Shown one piece after another: positions 11,080-23,600 of a DNA stretch of 64,000 bases. Numbering within the stretch: position 1 is the first letter of the stretch; every line of letters begins with the position of its first letter. The DNA lies in NCBI RefSeq assembly GCF_004010195.1, contig NC_057718.1:83160669-83224668 (forward strand). Direction: 5' to 3'. This DNA comes from Chiloscyllium plagiosum (Eukaryota). Both the position numbers and the translations under genes were made by a program. Under the pieces are notes generated by a model. The model was not told the DNA's origin, ran no database searches, and worked only from the letters and a program-made list of their open reading frames with translations.

Positions 11080-11950
11080 ACTAAAACAAATTACTTCAAT
11101 TTCCCTGCAGTGAACTTCATGTGCAACTTGACAGCCCATTTCACCAACTCATCATTGTGATTTTGAAGTTCTACAATATCCTCTTAAGTTCATAATGCTT
11201 CCAAATTGTATATCATCTGCAAATGTTGACTTTATGTTCTGTATACCAAACTCATTATATCATTATATAGATCAGGAAAAGCACATGTCGCAAACCTGAC
11301 CCTTGGGAACTCAACTACTAATCTTCCTCCACTCTGAAATACTGAACACTACTGTCTGTTTCCTACCATTTAGCTATTTTCATATTCATATTGCTCCTGT
11401 CCCTTTTGTTCCATGTGCCACATGTACAATGCTGTTGTGATGTATCAAATGCTTTTTGGTTAACTATACATACCATATCAATAGCATTACTTCCCTGCCA
11501 CTGAAGCTAAATTGACTAGAATGTAGTTTCCAGATTTATCGTTTTTGAGCAAGGCTGTAATATTTGCAGTGCTCCAGATCTCTGGTGTCCACCCACTATC
11601 CCCCAGCTCCAAATCTAAGGAATACCAGACAATGATGTCAAGTGCCTCCACAATCTTTCATACTCATTTCTCACAGTCTCAACAGATCTCATCTGATCTT
11701 GGTGTCATATCAACTTTAAGTACAGACTGTCTAAAATCTGCTCCTTATTGATTTTAAACCCTGAATTATCTCCTCTTTAACCATGACCTTTGTACTATCT
11801 ACTTCCTACAGATGCAATATATTTATTTAATACATCAGCTATAGCCCCATCTCCAAGCTTTTTTGATCCTTAACTAGCCTCACTCATCCTTTTATTTCCC
11901 TTTTATCATTTATGTAGATAAAGGAAACTTTGGCAGGTAACATAAAAGTG
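11080..11950 (-). mobile_element. Highly decayed CR1-type fragments
   Basis: Remnants of TTTGCAGATGA and of the GVPQGS region. Confidence 0.5.
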
Positions 11951-12030
11951 AATCCCAGTGTCTTTTCATACTCATACTTTTACCTGAGGAGGTAAAAGGT
12001 TGCTGATACCATGTGAAATCATGTACAGCA

Positions 12031-13070
12031 CTGACAAAGTCAGGATCTGGGCTACTTCCTTGAAATGTTATGGCCTGGTCCATAACATCCTACTTAGGAA
12101 TTCTCCTGCTAGTGAAAAAATCTTCTCTCCATCTACCCTGTCAAGATCCTTCACAATCTTGTATATTTCAATAAGATCACTTTTCATTCTTCTAAACACT
12201 AATGAACAAAGACCTAACCTCTTTAGCCAGTCTTGATAAGTCAACCTCTTCATCCGAGGAAACGACCTAGTGAATCCGCTTTTGAACTGTCTCCGATATC
12301 CTTTCTTAAATACGGGGCCAAAACTGAACAAGACTCCAGACTTGCAATAAGATTCCCTTTTTTTTAAATTCCAACCCTCTAATAATAAAGGCTTAAAATT
12401 CCCTTTGTCTTCTGAATTACTTGTATTCTAACCTTCTTGTGTCACTTGCAAAAGAACACCCAGATTCCTCTGTGTTGCAATTTTTTGGAATCTCTCTCCA
12501 TTTTAATAAAGTTTATCCTCTGATTCATTCTATCAAAATGCATGACCTCATACTTTCCTACCTGAAATTCCATCTCCCAAGTTTTTGCCCCTCACTCAAT
12601 CTATCCAAATCCCCTTCAAGATTCATTATGCCCACATCACATAATGCCTTTCCAGCTCTATTACATCATCAGCAAACTTGGATACATTATACTCTGCTCC
12701 TTCCTCTACCTCATTAATATAAATAGTAAGGGACTGACCCTTGTGGCAGAAAAAAACCGTTAATCTAAATTATTTGTTTTCTGTGTGTTAACTAATCCTG
12801 AATCATGCTAATACATTCACCGAAAATGTTGAACTCCTATCTTGTGCAAAAACCTTTTATGCGTCACCTTATCAAATACCTTCTGGAATCCAAATACATA
12901 AAATCTGCAAAAGTAATTTCCTTTTACCAAACTATATTGACTCTGTGTTACACTTTTCTAAATGCCATGCTATTTATTGCTTAATAATGAATTCTAGCAA
13001 ATTCTAACCAGAGATGTTAGGCTACCAGGCCTTACTGACTACGTTCCCACATTAATAATAGCGAGTTGAA
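12031..13070 (-). mobile_element. CR1-type LINE fragment bracketed by a 46-bp direct repeat
   Basis: LGLCSL..RR..DLIEIYKI coding remnant; repeat at 11985-12030 and 13071-13116. Confidence 0.75.
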
Positions 13071-13938
13071 TGAGGAGGTAAAAGGTTGCTGATACCTTGT
13101 GAAATCATGTACAGCATTTCAGGGCATTCAAGGGGTAGAAGACAAAACTTTAATTAAAAATTCATAACATATGAATTAGCAACTTTTCCTTTAGTAGGCC
13201 TTTCAACCCTTCAAGCCTATTTCATCATTTGGTAAGATCATGGCTAGTCTGTTTGTGTTCCAAATTTCAAACTCACATTTACCTCTGATAACTTTTGATT
13301 TCTCTGCCTAAAAAGAAACTATCTACTTCCACCTTAAAGATATTTAACGATCCTGCCTCCACTACTTTTTTCAATACTACTTGTTATGAAGTTGAAGACG
13401 TGTACTGTACCTTTAAAAGAGACTGAAAGATATTCAGCACTGAGGTGTTGCAGGCACTTGTCATGTGACTGACTAACTGTCTGAGTGTGTACTGGAAACT
13501 TGAAAATATGTTACATTTGGCTGTTTTCACAACAGTTTGAATTTAACCAATCAGTTTAAATTATGCCCAAGGATACTAAAACCCAATCGAATTTGAATTT
13601 ATTGTTTTTGACAAAATCGAATCAATGAGACGATCCGATGAGGAGTAGGCATTTTGGAGAGTTAGGCAGAGAGTGACAAACTGCCATCTAGAGAGAGAGA
13701 GAGACTGCCATTCAAAACTCTCTATCAAAAATACCTTTTTCATATGAAACATCTTTGCAGCAAAAGACCGAAGATGACCCAGCGAGAACTGCAGCTGAAA
13801 GAAGACAGACACCACGACAGCCACTGTCTGGTTTTGAAAATTAAGTTGATGTAATTTTAATAGGGGTATTTATTGCATCCGTTTATTGTTATAGAGTTGG
13901 AGGTATATAAGAAACCTTTAAGAGAAAGGAGGCTTAGA

Positions 13939-14137
13939 AGTTTGTGAGAAGATTTGTAGCTCGGGTGCTCATTGTTGTGGTTGTGTTCGCAGAGCTGGGA
14001 ATTTGTGTTGCAGACGTTTCGTCCCCTGTCTAGGTGACATCCTCAGTGCTTGGGAGCCTCCTGTGAAGCGCTTCTGTGGTGTTTCCTCCAGATTTTATAG
14101 TGGTTTGAATCTTTCGCTTCTGGTTGTCAATTCCTTA
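13939..14137 (-). mobile_element. PLE 3' fragment (family of 5602-6968) with an intact minimal hammerhead
   Basis: 10-bp TSD GAGGCTTAGA (13929-13938, 14138-14147); colinear with 6780-6968. Confidence 0.88.
14010..14049 (-). ncRNA. Minimal type I hammerhead ribozyme motif
   Basis: GCA-CUGAGGA-U-GUCACCU-AGAC-AGGGGAC-GAAA-CGUC|UGC: core complete, 3-bp helix I, helix II, palindromic ACGU helix III. Confidence 0.75.
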
Positions 14138-14311
14138 GAGGCTTAGAGTTGTAAATAGTTGTTTAATGTTCACTTTGAGTTAATGAATAAAATTGATATT
14201 TCTTTTCTTTAAATGGTGAAACTTGGGGAGTTCTGTCACTCACACTTTAACAGATTACGGGTCAAGGTGTTTGGTTTAATTAGCAGAAGGGTTCACTACT
14301 GTATCGTAACA

Positions 14312-14990
14312 CAGCTCTTTCTTTTAATTATCCCTGCCAAAGTGAACAACTTCACAGTTTCCCATATAGAACTCCATCTGCTAGGTTTTGCCCACTCACT
14401 TAACTTACATGCGTGCACACTTTCCACACTTTCCAAACTATGTTTGTTTCGTCTGCACATTTGTCCACCATGCCTTCAATCCCCACATCTAAGTCATTGA
14501 AGTAAATTGCAAAACGTTGATGGCCAAGCACAGATGGTTGCAGGACCCTCTTGTCACTTGCTACCAATGGGAAACAAACCCATTTATGCATACTCCTGTT
14601 TTTTACCAGCCAGTCAATCTTATCTCCTAGCTAATATGTTACCCTGTATCGTGATCTCCTTCCACACAATAACCTTTTATGCGGAACCTTGTCAAATGCC
14701 TTCTAGAAAGCCAAGTACAATACATCACCAGGCTCCCCATTATTCACAGGGCATGCTAGTCCTTCAAAGAGCAGGTCTGCCCTTTTGCTAAGTCGTGCTG
14801 ACTCATTCCAATCACAGATTTCCAAGTGATGACCCCCATAATGATCGATTCTAAAAGCTTATCTACAATAGATGTAAATCCAACTGTACTTTTGTTTCCT
14901 ACTGACTGCCCACTCCCTTCTTGGATAGTGGTTGTAATTGGCTTTATCAGTCTACTGGAATTCTTCCAGAATCTAATGAATTTTAAAAAT
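14312..14990 (-). mobile_element. Decayed CR1-type LINE fragment
   Basis: IYFNDLD..DKCADET and TSIVDKLLESII remnants. Confidence 0.7.
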
Positions 14991-16568
14991 GAACACATGC
15001 CATTATTAAATGAATAACATTGAAGAGGTATGCAGAGTTTCAATGCACTGGTATAAAGTTTTTAATATGTGTGTTCGTGGAAGCTAAAGTGAGATGGTCA
15101 GAGTTCAGGGATTTAAGGCAGCAAAATCTTTTTGTCAGTTTGCTAATGTGTGCATTTCAAAAGACATTGGTACACAAAAGTGTAAGTCTACATCATGTGT
15201 TAATCTGCAGAGATGTTTTGGTGGTTTTTAACTTCAACACTTGATGTAACACACATGCATTCTTGGCCCTCTCTGTGACTGCCACGCAGATGATGGCTGC
15301 AAGCCAGCTTAGTGCCAGAAAAGATTAACACTGCAACTTTAACCAAGTAGTTGAAATGACAATTGTCAGGTCTTAAACTACATTTTTCTTCTTGTGATAT
15401 GAAGTGTGTAATATGAAAGGCCCAAAGATTGTGAAGCAAGGTTTCCCTTTTCATTGGCATCAGGTCATTATAAGCAGGAAGATAAGTTAAGGATAAACAA
15501 GGAACTATTTACAGAATGTACATGAAATGTGTCTATGGATTACATTGGGCTATGGAATTCTTTGTCTCTCTGCTCCCCTTTCCCATCAGTCTTCCATTCA
15601 CTAACAACACCCTTTTTCCCAGTGAGAGTCCATTCAACTGCTCCAGCTGTCTTCCTCATTGACTCCACCTAATTAAAAATCACACAACACAAAGTTATCT
15701 TCCAACAGGTTTATTTGGATGATCTAGCTTTCGGAGATTTTTAACGTTGTACACCCCAGACCAACACCAGCATCTCCAAATCATGACACCACCTACTGAC
15801 GCCCTGGCAAACAGCACAGCTCACTTGCTCGTCACATTGCTACCTGTTGCTTGAGATCAATTACTGATTTATTGGATATTTGGTTAAAAATCTGTTCCCC
15901 CTACTTTAACAACACAATTACAGGACCATGTTATCTCTAGATTTGATAATAAGAGTGAAAGAATACCCATTGTTTTAACCACATTCTAAGACAAATAGGT
16001 AATGTGGCTGGTCATGGTGTGATAAGTTTCATAAAATAAATAACAAGTTAAAAAGGTGGTGTGCAGCGATTCCATACATGAAATGCTCAGCTCAGTTGAT
16101 AAGTAATGCAACTCCTAATATTAGCATTATGGTTTTAAGTCCCACATTGCATAACTGATTATTTTAAGATATTTTGTTCAAAATGTTAATATTGACTTTT
16201 ATTAATTCAATAAAAGATTGAAGATTGAAAGTCTGGGACAGAGCTGAGATCCAGCAGTTATTTGTTATTGATTTTTAAATAATTTTCTTACTTCATTACT
16301 TACTGCATTCTTATATTTCCAGATGGTGCAAAAATCAATAAATGCCACTTTGTTTTTAATATTGCAGTTTACCAATGTGACTAGTTCACCTTGAGCATTC
16401 TTCCTTTTTATGAATGTGATTACATGTTAACAAATCAAGAAGATTAATTAGCTTGAACTTCCCCATTTTATCATGGTGTATAAACTTAATGTCATTTCTC
16501 CATTTCCTATTTCTTTCATTCCATATTTGCTTTGCCTGTTAACCTGGGCAAAAATAGCTCATCAGTAC

Positions 16569-16703
16569 CTGTTGTCTTTTTCGATTCCGACCATCAAGCC
16601 ATTGCCTGGATTTTTCATTTTCATCTCGATATAAATCAAAGTATGGGTTTTCAAACAAGTCTTCACAGCTGCATCTGTCATCTGGATCCATTTTCAAACA
16701 ACT
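16569..16703 (-). CDS. CDKL4: CDKL4-like coding exon (SCLKMDPDDRCSCEDLFENPYFDLYRDENEKSRQWLDGRNRKRQQ)
   Basis: ttcag acceptor, CAG|gtact donor; 135 nt; subdomain XI (CLKMDP..R) plus a GRNRKRQQ tail as in CDKL4. Confidence 0.92.
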
Positions 16704-16830
16704 CTGAATTAAAATGGACTCAAAGAATCATTTGTTATCAGAATAAATAATTTTCCGTAAAAAAGCCTTTAAAGAAGCAAAATATTAATAAGTACTATAT
16801 ATTCTACTGAAGGTAGCAGATATTTCTCAC

Positions 16831-16887
16831 CTTCATGAAAGTCAAAGCATGAGGGTTTAGGTTTGGAAACTTATCTTCTAGGGGTTC
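16831..16887 (-). CDS. CDKL4: CDKL4-like coding exon (EPLEDKFPNLNPHALTFMK)
   Basis: tttttag acceptor, AAG|gtgag donor; 57 nt, phase 0. Confidence 0.92.
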
Positions 16888-17675
16888 CTAAAAACAGATT
16901 TTTTGTAACTTGTACAAGTTAATCAGTAATAAGAAAAACAACATTTTCAGTAAATTCTTAATATTTATATAAAATGTACTTTAAAGTATCCATTAATGAT
17001 TACAGAAAAAAAATTGGCAAAAGTCTGTTGCAATTTCCATAAACTCAATGTCAAATTCTAAATCACCTCAAGTGCAATTCCTCAAATAAAAGCTAATGGT
17101 CTTCCCCTTCTTTCTCGAGAATGTGACGTAGTTCCAAATAAATTGAAACTAATTGTATCAGCTTAGTGATGCCAACCTCCCAGCACTATGCAGCACATTT
17201 CCAATAAAGAGAGTGTATTAATGAATAAACTATCAGGGTCTGTCCAAAATCATTTTTTAAATATGTTTAAAAACATGGATAAATATAATTCACTCTTAGA
17301 TAGCTGAAGGGTAATTGCTAGCACATGAGTAAGTCAAGAGATGAACTTGCTTGACTTTCCTCTTTTCATTATATTATTTTTATTTTATTTATTTCTCCAT
17401 TTTCTATTTCTTCCTGCAGTCACACCTGATTGAGGTATATGGTCCAGAAGGTCTCAGATTTAATTTTCTGTTTTGAGTTAGATGAGCTGGAGCTCTGCGA
17501 ATAGACTCACCAGGCCAGGATTGTAAAGGAAGAAAATTAATTCCTCTTGTTGACCACAGTCAAACAACCTCTGATGCAAAATGGAAACTGAGATAGCTTT
17601 CAAATTTGATTGTGTTCTTAAGTTCACATGACCAAACAGATGCTGGCACTCGTGATAGACCTACAAATAGATGTC

Positions 17676-17825
17676 AGCTGTAGCCCAGTTAGCAGCACTC
17701 TTGCTTCTTAGTGACAAAACTGTGAGTTCAAATTCTTAGCGCTAAAGTTAGGCTTCTACTCAAGTTTGTATCAAAGGAATTTTTCATTGTCAAAGATGCA
17801 GTCTTTTGGATGGGACTTTATAGGA
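17676..17825 (+). mobile_element. Old tRNA-derived SINE (DeuSINE-like) fragment
   Basis: Degenerate A/B boxes followed by GATGCAGTCTTTTGGATGGGAC. Confidence 0.45.
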
Positions 17826-17867
17826 AGTAAGGACCTTTAGTAAATATTTTCTAAGGATAGAATAAAC

Positions 17868-17960
17868 TTGCTCCTTGGATGCTGCCTGACCGGCTATGCT
17901 TTTCCAGCACCACACTCTTCGACTCTGATCCCCAGCATCTGCAGTGTTCACTTTCTCCCT
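17868..17960 (+). mobile_element. PLE terminal-repeat 3' fragment without a ribozyme core
   Basis: GGATGCTGCCTGACC...CCAGCATCTGCAGT.TCACTTTCTCC shared with the 49848 and 50152 copies. Confidence 0.75.
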
Positions 17961-18469
17961 TGTTCCACCAGTGGAAGCTGTCAAAAGTCTAAGCTCTGGA
18001 CCGTAACCCGCACCCAAAAAAAATCTGTGCCTTTTTCTATTTCTTCATTCCCCTTTAAGACACTTCTTCAAAATGGCCAAGCATTTGGTAATTCAACTCT
18101 ATGTCTTATATGTGTTTTAGTGTTAAATTTTGATTGATAATGCTTTTGAAATTGCACCATAAAAATCATCAAATAAATCAAGTTGTTGTCAGGACTATGA
18201 ATGTACTGACAAATGATTACAGTACAGTTACAGCACAAATCATATTAAGTAGATTAAGCTAGTAGATTAACCACACATAGAAACATATGTGTCTTCTTGT
18301 AATCATTTTGATCAGCCCTTAAAGAACCCATTAAATACTTTCAGCCTAACAATGCAGGTGACCATCCTGACACCTTGGGTACTTGTCCTTTATTAAGTGA
18401 TTTGAAAGGTTTGAATAAAAGATTTATGTATATAAACTGAAATAGGTTTCAAAACTGGATTTTAAAAAT

Positions 18470-19745
18470 CACCAAGACATAGCTGGCTGGTGGTCAGAAA
18501 GGCTCTCAGTGTCAGATCCTCCTTACATGTGATTGTAGTGGAGATAGACCACTATCCACCTCCTTGTGGGATGTGCCTTTGTGAAAAAAGTCTTGAGAGA
18601 GATACAAGGATTTTTGAAAAGGTTCATCCTGAGCAACTCTGTGACATATGACTCTATGTTATATGAACTATATTGTATGAGGCAGATATCAACAGCACCT
18701 GAGGACCATAAATTTGGTGAAACACACCTTCGGTTTGCCTAAAACATATTGTTCTTCCAGTGCAATCAATTGCTTTCAAGTGAGTGTTGCAGACTGTCAG
18801 ATTTCCAGGTCCAGCACTAAAGCTTGCAGCAGCCATTGTAGTGGCATAATGGAGAAGGTCACTGCCTAGGACCAATATATATAGTATGCCATGGGGTTGG
18901 GAACTGTAATGCCTCTCAGGCTGGTACCTCACAAAGAATATATATTGTATATCGGAAACAATGAAAATGTTTGAGGCACCACATAGTGAAACATGCTATA
19001 TAGAGAACTTTACATCTATTGTACTTTGAAATTTGCAATTTGAAAATTTTGCTCTCAAGCTGCATTCCTGATGTGAAATGTATTTACTAAATATGAAAAC
19101 ATGGGAGGAGCATAGTGCCAAAGGGAGGCAGAAACTGGGCTTATGGGAGCACTGCTCCCTCTTCATTGTGAGTAAAAACCTGGCCATCCCAGGTGTGAGG
19201 TAATCTGTGTTGTTGCACACAGTGAAGTCTATCCCATTCCCAGAACCTACACCTTTGCAGTCACCCAAGCTATCTTCCACTTGACCTGGAAGTCAAAGAT
19301 GGGCCATGTTTGCACAGACACCATGCACAAAGCTCTAGATAAGGAGGGAGAAAAACACACAATGTAGTCCTCGTCCTGATAGCCACCTTTATGTGCGGCT
19401 GCATCAAGCTGTGCGTAGACTGTCTATAGGTAAATGTCGAGTGTCACTACCTGTCCTCGGTGTTGCAAAATATGGGTATGGCCTTGGTGTTACAGAATGC
19501 TCCAAATAGTTGGACCGTTCCATATTACTTGTTCTTTGTGGAAACGTTTGTAAAGAAAACACCTTTGACCACAAGTACATCAGGAAAGAGGAATTTGTTA
19601 AGTGTGTACAAGAAAATGTTGTGATTCAGTATGTGAGTGTAACTACTAGAGAAGGTGCAAAACTTGACCTACTCTTGGGAAATGAGGCAGGGCAGGTGAC
19701 TGAGGTGTCAGTGGGGGAGCACTTTGGGGCCAGCGACCATAATGG
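18470..19745 (+). mobile_element. Scattered decayed Tx1 and CR1 fragments
   Basis: GCTGCATCAAGCTGTGC and ACCTTTGACCACAAG match the 1900-2110 Tx1; LDLLLGNEAGQV..SDH is CR1 endonuclease. Confidence 0.6.
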
Positions 19746-20619
19746 AGGCATTGAATATTTTTGAATATATTGAACAAGGCAAGGTAGGTAATTCACTAAT
19801 AAGGAAGTCAAAGCTTACTGGGGTTAATCAGAAAAGCAGAGTTCAAGCAACAGTCAGATCAGACATGATCTTATTAAATAGTGGAGTAGGCTCAAAAGGC
19901 CAAACTCCATCTTCCTGCTCCTAACTCATACCTTTATATGCAAAAACAATTTCTAACAATCTAATGGAGGTGTCATTTCAAAGACACTTCATACTGAAAA
20001 AAATCTTCATCCATAAAAGTATTCACAAAATATAAATTCCCTCAAGTGGTCCATCTGTTATAAAATCAAAGATACATTCATCACCTGACAATATCAAAGA
20101 AAATTATTTCCTTCACAATTTATTAAAGCTGACTTTCAAAATGTAGACTAAATAAGTAGTTCTGGGCCATTTGAAATTCCAATTTCTGAGCATTCAAACA
20201 GCTCCAACTATTAAAACAAATGATAGGGAATGTCAACAATGCAGTCAATTGAAACCAAAATATCAAATGGCCTTTTCATAACCCTTGGCTACTTTTTACT
20301 TTCTATTTCAAAGTAAATTACCTACCAAACAATAAATGTTTCTCAATATTCAATGGCAGGGCCATTTTTCTATCCAAGCTAAAATTTGGTGGACGTTTAA
20401 ACATGTTGGGAGAGATTCACAGCATATTTTTATATGAATGTTTTGAATGTTTTATGCAAATATTGTCCATTGTAAAATATAATGCAAGTTAACTCTTATA
20501 CAATGGTAATCAATCGAAATGCAAATTTACCTTTGAAAGACAAAGCTTTATAAGCAGTTATTGCAGGGAAAACATATCATACAGCACCTCACTATTGATA
20601 GCAATTAAAAATTATTTCA

Positions 20620-23600
20620 GGGACTCGGCAAGATGGCGGCGATTCTGTAGAACTGCTGTGGACAGCTCTGCCTAACAGCCAAAACATACTGTTGTTTTAT
20701 TGCCATCTCTGGCCAACTTATGCGGTGGAATTATTAGTTTAAAACCTTACAGATCACATATTTGTTAATATTTGGAAGTGGGGAAGGATGCCAAAGGGAA
20801 AAGGAGCAAGCAAACAGCAGCTGGGAGGACACTCCCCTGCAGTACCTACTATACCAGAGACTACAGCAGCAGCAGCCTCTCCTAAACCCCCTAGGGACTT
20901 GACAGACTCACAGGAATTGTCTGTGGCGATGGAGAGACTTACCTTGAAAGTTGTGGCTGCGATTGAGGAGATCCGTGGGGAGATTCATGCCCAGGTCCAA
21001 CCTATTGCATCCATGCTGCAGAAGCATGAGCAGGAGACCAGGGCCTCGGGGAGCGGCTGGAGGAGGTGGAGGGTTGAACTAAGGCCTCGGAAGCTGCGAT
21101 GGAATCCTCATCCAGTCGGATCCAGGTGCTGGAGCGAGAGGTGCAGGCCTTGCAAAACCATATCGACCACCTCGAAAATCGAGGTCGGAGGATAAATCTC
21201 CGAATTGTCAGGCTCTCAGAAGGTGAGGAAGGTGAGCAGCCAGTCAGCTTCTTTGAAAATTGGCTGACGAAGTTCTTGGGCCTTCACATTGAGTCCAGCA
21301 GGCTACAGATTGAAAGGGCTTATTGGGTTACAGTGCACAGGTCAGGGCCAGTGCAGTGCCCCCACCCAGTCCTAGTGCACTTCCACTCATATAAGGACAA
21401 GCAAAAAGTCATAGAAGCTTCCAGATCCCTGGGAAAAGATCCACAGGCACTGCTGTACAAGGGGTCAAAAATCATGCTTTTCCAGGATTTCTCTGCAGCT
21501 GTAATTCGAAAGAGGAAGTCCTTCGATAAGTTAAAAAGAGGCTGGGGAACCTGGGTATCCAGTACTCCATGAGATACCCTGCAGTACTTTGTTTCAGCCA
21601 CAAGGACTCAGTTTATACAATTGACTCGGCGGATAAAGCTAAAAACTTTGTGGACACTTTAAAATAGACGGATTGGCCTGAAGAATACTGTTCATGTTTG
21701 TTCTCTTTTCTATCTTTCCCCATGTTTTCTTATCCTTTCTTTCTCCCTAATAATTTACTTTTTGGAAAGGGGGGGGGAAAGACCTTGGAATAAATTGGTC
21801 GTTTTTTTTTTAATAATTGGATTTTCTGATGGGCAATTTTGTGAATGTTCTTTGTTGTCTCTCCCCCATTTTTTTTTGTTTGTTCTGTTTCTCTTTTAGT
21901 CACAAGTCAGGGTGACATGAAGCCCAGGGATGGCTGGAGTGCTCATCCTGACTTGGTCTTTTTTCTGTTGATTTAAGGAGCATCTCCTTGTTTTTTTTCT
22001 GGCCTAAGGCTGGGGCACAGTCCGGGTTTGAAGGAGCTGTGAAGGAGGGGATAGGTAGGGTGAGTGCCCCCGATGGGCAGGGGGAAGAGTCTTCCATTCA
22101 AGGTTTTATAGTTGGTTTTCTTTGTAGTTTTTTGGTAGTAATAGTTGTTTATAGTTATGATAGAGTAGTTTTTGTATATATAGTTTATCGATTCTATGAG
22201 TCTTTATTTATTTATGCTTGGCGCTTTGTAAGCAGGGTTCTCCCTTCGAGGGGTTCAAGGGTCTCTGAAAGGGGATTCAGCTAAGTGTCTTATTAAATGA
22301 TGCACCTGGTACATTAAGAGAAGTCATTCGCCTGTTAAAAGGAAAAAAGTGCTTTCTAGTCTTATGAGGGATATTTGGAGATGTCGTCACCATACTGGCA
22401 AGGACTTCACCTTTTTTTAAACCCACATAAATTTCACATGAGGATTGACCTCTTTCTGGCTCCCTTGGCCCTTCTGAATTTGATTATGGGTTGTAAAATT
22501 GGGAATATATTTATCTCTGATCACACGGCAATATATTTGGAGGTTAAGGCCAAGAGTGAAGGGCTAGGTTTGTGGCACTGGCGTTTGGACCCTTTTCTCC
22601 TTAAGGATTCCAAATTTGTGGAATACGTTTTGAAAGAGTTTCAGGAATTCTTGACTATCAACTCAGGCACAGCTAGTAGTTCATCTCTTCTGTGGGAGAC
22701 TGCTAAGGCCTATGCTAGGGGATTTGCTATTTCCTATTAGGCTAGCCGGAAACGACAGAAGGAGGAACAGCAGCATCTACTTGAGACGCGGTTGAATGCC
22801 GCCAAGGCGGCACATTTTGTGCGGCCTTCAGTGACTAAGCTACAGCAGATCACGACCTCCGGGCTGCCTTGAATTCAATACTGACACAAAACGCAAAGAA
22901 AGAACTTGCTTTTGCTAGACAAAGGCTGTTTGAATATGGGGATAGGCCAGGGAAGTATTTAGCATACGTGACTAGGAAAAAGCGTGCTCCCCAATCCATT
23001 ACTCCAATCAGTGACAGCACCGGGGTCCTTACATACGATGCCAAAAAGATTAATGAGGCTTTTCGGAGCTTTTATTCTAAATTGTATCGGTCTGAAGGTA
23101 GGAAAGACAGGAGGGCTAAAATAGAGACCTTTTTTAAGAACCTGGACCTCCCAGGGGTAACCCTGGAACAGGCCTCTCTCCTTAATACCCCCTTGACAGT
23201 TCAGGAAATACAGGAGGCAGCTAGGCAACTTCAGAGTGGAAAAGCGCCTGGCCCTGATGACCTCCCGGGTGAGTTTTATAAGGAGTTTATAGGAATTCTG
23301 TCAGGGCTGATGTTGGAGATGTACAATCACTCCTATATGCATGAATGCCTACCACCATCTTTGAGAGAAGCTAATATTTCCTTAATTCTTAAGAAGGGGA
23401 AGGTTCCTGATGATTGTGCCTCATACAGGCCCATTTCACTATTAAATTCAGATTTCAAGATTCTGTCTAAGATCCTGGCACTGAGATTGGAAAGGGTGTT
23501 GCCCCATATTATTAAAGAGGACCAGTCAGGCCTTATAAGGGGCTGTAGGTCCTCTAATAGTATCAGAAGGTTGCTGAATGTGGTCCAAGTTTGTCAGCAA

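Larger units (their letters stand above)
13382..14311 (+). mobile_element. Solo-LTR-like element containing a PLE insertion
   Basis: TGTTATGA...TCGTAACA inverted termini (7/8), AATAAA near 14187; no clear 4-6 bp TSD. Confidence 0.6.
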
